Source: an uncultured Clostridia bacterium
GTDB taxonomy: Bacteria; Bacillota; Clostridia; TANB77; RGIG9151
Assembly (NCBI GenBank): GCA_934500865.1
Contig: CAKSUD010000008.1
Location: 1-32,000, forward strand
DNA: 32,000 nucleotides
Direction of reading: 5' to 3'
Positions 25,240 to 32,000 of the stretch are shown in pieces. Under the pieces are notes generated by a model. It was not told where the DNA came from. It was given only the letters and a program-made list of their open reading frames with translations, and did no database searches. A program made the position numbers and the translations under genes. Every line of letters begins with the position of its first letter. Position 1 is the first letter of the stretch.

Positions 25240-27138
25240 ATGATAAGATCAATGATGTCTGGTATTTCAGGACTTAGAAATCACCAAACTGCAATGGATG
25301 TTATAGGAAATAATATTTCAAATGTAAACACAGTTGGGTTTAAAGCTTCTAGAGTAACATTTAGCTCTGTGTTTTCCAGTACTGTTGCTAATGCTACAGC
25401 ACCTAACAGTGATACAGGTACAGGTGGTACAAATCCTATGCAAATAGGCATGGGTGCTGCAATGGCTAGTATAGATATGCTTTATACCGGTGGTAACATT
25501 GAGAGAACAGATAATCCTCTTGATGTTTCAATTGACGGAAATGGTTTATTTATAGTTAAGTCGAGTGATGTTTCAAGTTATACATTCACAAGAGCAGGAG
25601 CATTTGGAATTGATAAACAAGGAAATTTAATAACATCTAGCGGCGCTTTGGTTTGTGGTTGGACAAAGAGAACGCAATCTGAAGATGCAATTGAAGCAGA
25701 TGGATTTGATTCTACAATGGATGTTGAGCCAATAAATGTTTATATAGATAAATATAATGGCGATAAGAGAACAATTAAGCCACAACCAACAACTGATGTT
25801 GAATTTTCTGGCAACTTAAATGCAAATAGCAATAAGGATGATGTTGTAAATATACCAATGAGTTTGTATGACAACTACGGTTATGAAGTACAAGCAAATT
25901 TAAAATTAGTTAAAAAGGAAAATTTATCTTATTCTAATACAGTTATAAAGGGAGCAGGTAATCCGCTTATAAATGGATACCAAACTGGGGCTTACGTAAA
26001 GCCAGTAACTCAAACTAATACAATATATACAGAAGTTGTAAGTGGAGAATTCTATTCTATTCCTACAAGGTATCTAGGAAATACTGTTGAGGCGACTGGT
26101 GCTAATGGATTTACTCCAGGTACTATTGTGAATAGGAAATTTATCGTGCCTGAAGGTGTAAAATTAGCTGACGTAGTAGAAGAAGGAGCTGCAAATAACG
26201 GAACAGTTGGTGGATATGATGATGACGGAAAATATGTTGTTCCTAATGGTACAGGTAATATGATAATTGAAGCAACAGCAGCAAACGGTTTAACTCATGG
26301 ACAGTTAGATGATGGAACTTATGTAATACCTTATGGGGTTACTACAATTGGGACTGCTGAATGTGGTATTGCACCTGGAAAATATGTTAAGGTTGAAACA
26401 GAAACAGAAATAGTAGGTTATACAGAGGTTTCATCTACTACAACAGGAGCATTAAAAGTTTTAGATGATGATACACAACTTTCTATAAATGCTTGGACAT
26501 ACGCTATTACCGTAAATGACGAGCCGGTAAAGGATGCTATGGGTAATCCGATAACCGGTGAGGTTGTATTTGGAAATGGTGAAAATGAAGCTGACGATTA
26601 TGGTAAGGTAGTATCTTTAACTGATGGACTTGGAAATAGGGTTGGAGATTTTAAATTAGAACTTGATGTTAATTATGATAATAAACCTGACAATGTTGCA
26701 AAAGTTAACTTTGACTTCTCAGCAATAACTCAATATGCTGCAAAGAATTCGGCATCAGTTTATAAGTCAAATGGTTATCCAACAGGAAAATTACAAGAAT
26801 ATAGTATTGGTAATGATGGTGTTATTACTGGTATTTATTCAAACGGAAAGCAACAAGCATTAGGAATGATAGCACTTGCTAATTTCGACAATCCGGCAGG
26901 GTTAAAGAGTATAGGAGATAGTTCATATACGCAAACAGCTAACTCAGGAGACTTTAGAGCTACTGTTCCTGGAGCTGAAGCAGGTAGTTTAGCATCTAAC
27001 ACATTGGAAATGTCAAATGTAGACTTATCAACAGAGTTTACAAACATGATAGTTTTCCAAAGAGGATTCCAAGCTAATAGTAGAACAATAACTACTGCTG
27101 ATGAAATGCTACAAGAATTAGTCAATTTGAAGAGATAA
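25240..27138 (+). CDS. flgE: Flagellar hook protein FlgE with an enlarged central region
   Basis: N-terminus MIRSMMSGISGLRNHQTAMDVIGNNISNVNTVGFK. C-terminus LEMSNVDLSTEFTNMIVFQRGFQANSRTITTADEMLQELVNLKR. Confidence 0.9.
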   Translation: MIRSMMSGISGLRNHQTAMDVIGNNISNVNTVGFKASRVTFSSVFSSTVANATAPNSDTGTGGTNPMQIGMGAAMASIDMLYTGGNIERTDNPLDVSIDGNGLFIVKSSDVSSYTFTRAGAFGIDKQGNLITSSGALVCGWTKRTQSEDAIEADGFDSTMDVEPINVYIDKYNGDKRTIKPQPTTDVEFSGNLNANSNKDDVVNIPMSLYDNYGYEVQANLKLVKKENLSYSNTVIKGAGNPLINGYQTGAYVKPVTQTNTIYTEVVSGEFYSIPTRYLGNTVEATGANGFTPGTIVNRKFIVPEGVKLADVVEEGAANNGTVGGYDDDGKYVVPNGTGNMIIEATAANGLTHGQLDDGTYVIPYGVTTIGTAECGIAPGKYVKVETETEIVGYTEVSSTTTGALKVLDDDTQLSINAWTYAITVNDEPVKDAMGNPITGEVVFGNGENEADDYGKVVSLTDGLGNRVGDFKLELDVNYDNKPDNVAKVNFDFSAITQYAAKNSASVYKSNGYPTGKLQEYSIGNDGVITGIYSNGKQQALGMIALANFDNPAGLKSIGDSSYTQTANSGDFRATVPGAEAGSLASNTLEMSNVDLSTEFTNMIVFQRGFQANSRTITTADEMLQELVNLKR

Positions 27139-27153
27139 AATAAGTTATAAATG

Positions 27154-27177
27154 AGGGTGGGTATATCCCACCCTTTT
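27154..27177 (+). terminator. Hairpin/terminator after flgE
   Basis: AGGGTGGG-tatat-CCCACCCT followed by only TTT, so the T-run is weak. Confidence 0.5.
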
Positions 27178-27201
27178 AAACTAATCGAAAGGAACTTTAT
27201 T

Positions 27202-28599
27202 ATGAAAAAAATAATCATACCATTTTTGGTAGGTTCTTTATTACTTTCAAATTCTTTTGCGTATACTGATGAAAATTCGTATTTTTGGGCGAGAGACGCC
27301 GTCAACCGTTGGCAAACTAGAGGAATAATTTCTGGATATCCCGATGGTACATTTAGGGGAAATAGCTACATAACTAGAGCAGACCTAGTTATAATAGCGA
27401 ACAAATTGAATAATTCTGTTAAAAAAAATAATAAAAGAGTTTCGACAGATATGTTTGAATACGATTACTTCTTTAATGATATCTGTACGGCTGTAAATAA
27501 AGGAATAATAAAGTTGGATGATGATGGTAGAATAAGACCACGGGAGTATGCAACTAGAGAAGATGCAATGGCGATTTTTGCAAAATTGTTTAATTTATCA
27601 TATGGCAGCAACGCGTACGGGTATTTAACAGATAAATTTTCAGACGGAAAAGATGTAGATTATAATAATTCAAAGCTTGTAGCAGGATTTATTGATGCAG
27701 GATTTATTACAGGGTATGAGGATGGAACTCTAAGACCAAAGAATAATGTTACACGTGCTGAGATAATTGCGATGCTTGATAAGGTAATAAAGTGTGTATA
27801 TAATAGTGGGAAATATAATGATGTTGTTATTGAAGGAAGTTTAATTATAAATGGAGAAGATGTAAAAATCAGAAATTCTGAAATAAAGGGCAGAATTTTC
27901 GTTATGGATGGCGTTGGAGAAATGAAGCCTATAATAAGTGATACTAATGTAGGTCAAGGTATTTCATCTAGAGTTGGAACTATTACCGTAGAGAAAACGG
28001 ACGGATTAGCTACATTAACACAAACCGGTGATAACGACGACATTTATAATGAACAAGTATTAGGGTATATAAGATATGATGAAAAAAATTGGACTAATTC
28101 AGATGTTAGAGCCACTTTAAAGTTAGACGATAGTGATTATGAAATTGTAAATAATAAAGGGAAAAAATATTATGATTTTACTAGAAACGGCGAGTTTATT
28201 TTTGAATGTGAGAAAGATGGGCATGTAAAGAAGTTTATAGCAGAGGTTAGTAATATAGATAAAGTTGTGCCGGTTATAAAAGCCGAAGTTACTGCATCAC
28301 AAGTAACTATAACTGTAAGTGATGATGGCTTAAGTCCGATAGAAAGAATTGCTTACGAAAAAGGAAAGGTAGATGCTGACGAAGCAATTGAAGGAACTAA
28401 GATTGAAAATAATACATTCTCTGTGACGGAAATTGGTAATTATACAATTGCGGCAGAAGATGAGGCCGGAAATATAGGAAGATTAGTAGTGAAAGTAAAA
28501 GAATTATCTACCACGACAAAAGACGAAGATGGAGGTACTAATACCGACAAAGAGGATACGGAAAATAAAGATGGAAATACAAGTGGGAGCACCAACTAA
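27202..28599 (+). CDS. Secreted SLH-domain cell-wall-associated protein
   Basis: Signal peptide MKKIIIPFLVGSLLLSNSFA. Three SLH repeats (RWQTRGIISGYPDGTFRGNSYITRADL; ...GIIKLDDDGRIRPREYATREDA; ...GFITGYEDGTLRPKNNVTRAEI). The ATG at 27202 follows AAAGGA. Confidence 0.85.
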   Translation: MKKIIIPFLVGSLLLSNSFAYTDENSYFWARDAVNRWQTRGIISGYPDGTFRGNSYITRADLVIIANKLNNSVKKNNKRVSTDMFEYDYFFNDICTAVNKGIIKLDDDGRIRPREYATREDAMAIFAKLFNLSYGSNAYGYLTDKFSDGKDVDYNNSKLVAGFIDAGFITGYEDGTLRPKNNVTRAEIIAMLDKVIKCVYNSGKYNDVVIEGSLIINGEDVKIRNSEIKGRIFVMDGVGEMKPIISDTNVGQGISSRVGTITVEKTDGLATLTQTGDNDDIYNEQVLGYIRYDEKNWTNSDVRATLKLDDSDYEIVNNKGKKYYDFTRNGEFIFECEKDGHVKKFIAEVSNIDKVVPVIKAEVTASQVTITVSDDGLSPIERIAYEKGKVDADEAIEGTKIENNTFSVTEIGNYTIAAEDEAGNIGRLVVKVKELSTTTKDEDGGTNTDKEDTENKDGNTSGSTN

Positions 28600-28800
28600 A
28601 AGTACTTTAATTGATTGCTAATGTTTGTGGTTTTAGGTGTCGAAAAGGGTCGATAAATAAGGGAAAATAATAGTCCTTGATTTATTGACTTTTTTCTATT
28701 TAAATAGTTAAAATTAAGGTGAAAAATGTATTGCTTTTAATTTAAAATTAATATAAATTAAAAATGTAGTTAAATAAAGCGAAAATTTTTTCGAAAAATA

Positions 28801-28829
28801 TTGACAAACCGAAAAAATAAAAATATAAT
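28801..28829 (+). promoter_or_regulatory. recA sigma-A promoter
   Basis: TTGACA, 17-nt spacer, TATAAT (exact consensus). Confidence 0.65.
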
Positions 28830-28835
28830 CTTTTT

Positions 28836-28849
28836 AGAACAAATGTTCA
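28836..28849. promoter_or_regulatory. LexA (Cheo/SOS) box of recA
   Basis: aGAACaaatGTTCa, 6 nt downstream of the -10 hexamer. Confidence 0.75.
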
Positions 28850-28892
28850 ATACAAATGATTATTACTGACACGCGTCAGAACGGAGGATACT

Positions 28893-29948
<1,056 letters not shown>

Positions 29949-29962
29949 TATAAATACAGTGG

Positions 29963-29990
29963 TAGGTGGGGGAAACCCCACCTGCTTTCT
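29963..29990 (+). terminator. Intrinsic terminator after recA
   Basis: AGGTGGGG-gaaa-CCCCACCT followed by gcTTTCTTTT. Confidence 0.7.
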
Positions 29991-30004
29991 TTTAGGAGGT
30001 AAAT

Positions 30005-30460
30005 ATGGAAAAGACACCTGAATATATAAATGCCAGGTCTAGAGCAATAAAGTACATAATGTATAGGCTGAGAACAAGTAAAGAAATTTATGATAAACTG
30101 CTAGAACTCGGATTTAGCACTGAGATTATAAATCGAGTTATAGCTGATTTAGAACAGTTAGAATATATAAATGATGAAGAATATGCAAAAAAATTTATTG
30201 AAAGTAATAAAAAAAGTAAAAAAATTTCAAAAAGTATGATAAAATTAAAACTGAAAAATAAAGGTATTGATGGAGAAATTATAGAAAAATATCTTGAAAT
30301 GTTGGGGTTTAGTGATTTTGACGCAATAGAGAACTTCCTTGTAAAGAAGAAATTTAGTAACGACTTATCTTTTGAGGAAAAAAACAAAATAATTGCATAT
30401 TGTGTGCGGAAAGGTTTTTCCCTAGAAGAAGTATTAAAAGTGGTTAAAGAATTTAAGTGA
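30005..30460 (+). CDS. recX: RecX regulatory protein
   Basis: Located directly after recA. Repeated three-helix modules (...SKEIYDKLLELGFSTEIINRVIADLEQLEYINDEEYAKKFI...). Confidence 0.8.
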   Translation: MEKTPEYINARSRAIKYIMYRLRTSKEIYDKLLELGFSTEIINRVIADLEQLEYINDEEYAKKFIESNKKSKKISKSMIKLKLKNKGIDGEIIEKYLEMLGFSDFDAIENFLVKKKFSNDLSFEEKNKIIAYCVRKGFSLEEVLKVVKEFK

Positions 30461-30467
30461 GGTAATA

Positions 30468-31331
30468 ATGATGCTTTATTATGAAAGATATTTAGAGGCA
30501 GTAAGTTATATTAATGCAAGGATAAGAGAACCTATCCCTGAAACGGCGATAATACTTGGCTCTGGTCTAAGTAGTATAGTTGAAAAAATGGATGATAAGA
30601 AAGTAATCCCTTTTAGTGAGATACCGCATTTTCCGGTAACTACTGTTAAGGAACATGCCGGGGAGCTAGTATATGGACATATAAATTATGCACCTGTCCT
30701 TGTTATGAATGGAAGAGCACACTATTACGAAGGGTATGATATGGAACAAATAACATTCCCGATAAGAGTGTTTTATAAATTAGGAGTTAAAAATTTAATA
30801 CTTACCAATTCGGCTGGTGGCATTAATTTAAATTATGTGCCGGGTGATTTTATGATTATAAATGATCATATAAACTTGTCAGGTGTTTCGCCACTAAGAG
30901 GTAAGAATTATGATGAGTTTGGACCTAGATTTCCGGATATGACTAATGTTTATGATAAGAAATTGATAAATTTGATGTATGATATTGCACGTGAGATAGC
31001 TTTACCTATTAATGAGGGGGTTTATGCCTATCTGCAAGGGCCGAATTATGAGACACCGGCTGAAATTAAAATGCTCAGAACGTTAGGGGCTGATGCTGTC
31101 GGGATGTCTACTGTTCCGGAAGCTATTATAGCTCGCCATTGTGGACTTAGGGTTTTGGCGTTATCTTGTATAACTAATATGGCAGCGGGCATATCAAATT
31201 ATGAGCTTTCTCATGAAGAAGTAAAAGAAAATGCCCAAAAAGTTAGAGAACAATTTTTTATGGTTATTCAAAAATTAACAGCATCACTTTATATAAAGAA
31301 CTCAAATCATATGCGTGAATTAGGGGAATAA
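30468..31331 (+). CDS. punA: Purine nucleoside phosphorylase (PNP family I, PunA-type)
   Basis: Motifs GSGLS, HAGELVYG, GRAHYYEGY, TNSAGG and GMSTVPE. Confidence 0.9.
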   Translation: MMLYYERYLEAVSYINARIREPIPETAIILGSGLSSIVEKMDDKKVIPFSEIPHFPVTTVKEHAGELVYGHINYAPVLVMNGRAHYYEGYDMEQITFPIRVFYKLGVKNLILTNSAGGINLNYVPGDFMIINDHINLSGVSPLRGKNYDEFGPRFPDMTNVYDKKLINLMYDIAREIALPINEGVYAYLQGPNYETPAEIKMLRTLGADAVGMSTVPEAIIARHCGLRVLALSCITNMAAGISNYELSHEEVKENAQKVREQFFMVIQKLTASLYIKNSNHMRELGE

Positions 31332-31332
31332 A

Positions 31333-32000
31333 ATGAATACTTTGTTAGATTTAAATTCAGAGACTAATAAGTACAAGATTAAGATTGAAAATTTCGAAGG
31401 ACCTCTTGACTTGTTGTGTCATTTGATAGAAAAAAATAAAATGAATATATATGATATTTCAATAAGCGAAATTACAGACCAGTATGTAGCGTATATTAAT
31501 TCTATGCAAGAAATGAGTTTGGAGGTAACCGGAGATTTCTTGATTATGGCATCTAATTTGTTATATATGAAGTCTAAAATTTTACTTCCGGTAGAAAAAG
31601 ACGAAGATGAAGAATCTGAAGAGGATATGAAGGAAGAACTTATTTCGAGAATTATTGAATACAAAAAGATAAAGGAGGCTACTGAAGCCCTAAAACTTAA
31701 TAATGAAAAGTTTTCGTTACTTCATTACAAGTTACCGGAAAAAATTACTTTTGATAAAGTACGCCCAAAACTGGAAAAGGAATATCCAAATGACTTATTA
31801 CCTAATGTATTTATGAAAATTGCAACTGACAATATGAATAAAATAAACCATAGAGCAAGTGACGTAAACCGACTTATAGAAAGCGAAAAGGTGACTGTAA
31901 AGAGTAAAATAAAAGATATATTAAGGGGAATATTAAAAAATGGTAAGGTAGTTTTTAATAAAATGTTTAATGTAGAGAAAAAGAGTAAGATTGAAGTTAT
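31333..32000 (+). CDS. scpA: Segregation and condensation protein A (ScpA), 5' partial, running off the window
   Basis: FEGPLDLLCHLIEKNKMNIYDISISEITDQYVAYI...GDFLIMASNLLYMKSKILLP is the ScpA N-terminal signature. It is absent from the ORF track because no stop codon falls inside the window. Confidence 0.85.
   Translation, partial: MNTLLDLNSETNKYKIKIENFEGPLDLLCHLIEKNKMNIYDISISEITDQYVAYINSMQEMSLEVTGDFLIMASNLLYMKSKILLPVEKDEDEESEEDMKEELISRIIEYKKIKEATEALKLNNEKFSLLHYKLPEKITFDKVRPKLEKEYPNDLLPNVFMKIATDNMNKINHRASDVNRLIESEKVTVKSKIKDILRGILKNGKVVFNKMFNVEKKSKIEV

Noticed and set aside
24700-28599. A shared acidic EDTENK-containing tail at the C-termini of FlgD (DKTEDTENK) and the SLH protein (DKEDTENK), as a hint of a functional link between the SLH protein and the hook operon.
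   Set aside because: The match is a very short low-complexity stretch and could be chance. The SLH gene has its own signal peptide and follows a hairpin, so there is not enough evidence for a link.
28779-28793. Palindrome CGAAAATTTTTTCG upstream of the recA -35, considered as a second LexA box.
   Set aside because: It lacks the critical C and G of the GAAC/GTTC half-sites (positions 5 and 10 are A and T). It is probably just an A/T palindrome.

Overview
This is a low-GC Firmicute (Clostridia-like) chromosomal segment from a flagellated, spore-forming organism. It looks like core genome: I saw no transposase, integrase, CRISPR array, tRNA or rRNA.

Gene content, in order:
- hslO (Hsp33).
- A flagellar hook-junction module: flgN-like, two tandem flgK paralogs, flgL.
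- A convergent ORFan.
- A GNAT-ANT(6) fusion gene and a metallophosphoesterase.
- A 214-nt G/C-enriched imperfect palindrome.
- recD2.
- A small intergenic locus with par/Fst-like type I toxin-antitoxin architecture.
- sleB, an HI0933-type flavoprotein, spoIVB, and a dpaB with no adjacent dpaA.
- A trmR-like methyltransferase and a U32 (TrhP-like) peptidase.
- A membrane-anchored hypothetical protein, a truncated-architecture whiA, an amidase-domain protein and a polysaccharide deacetylase.
- A LexA-box-controlled LysM protein (YneA-like).
- A compositionally odd small gene or RNA.
- An isolated hook module (fliK-flgD-small flagellar operon protein-flgE), followed by an SLH protein.
- recA (with a LexA box), recX, punA and the 5' part of scpA.

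Most notable observations:
1. A 23-aa hydrophobic peptide gene lies convergent with a candidate ~75-nt sRNA. The two share a bidirectional terminator, and a 16-nt direct repeat makes the sRNA antisense to the peptide's start codon.
2. The structured palindrome at 9644-9857.
3. A ~300-aa vWA-like insertion in the longer FlgK paralog.
4. The GNAT-ANT(6) fusion.
5. The G/C-enriched locus at about 22.5-22.8 kb.

All calls come from reading the sequence and from remembered family signatures. No database searches were run.
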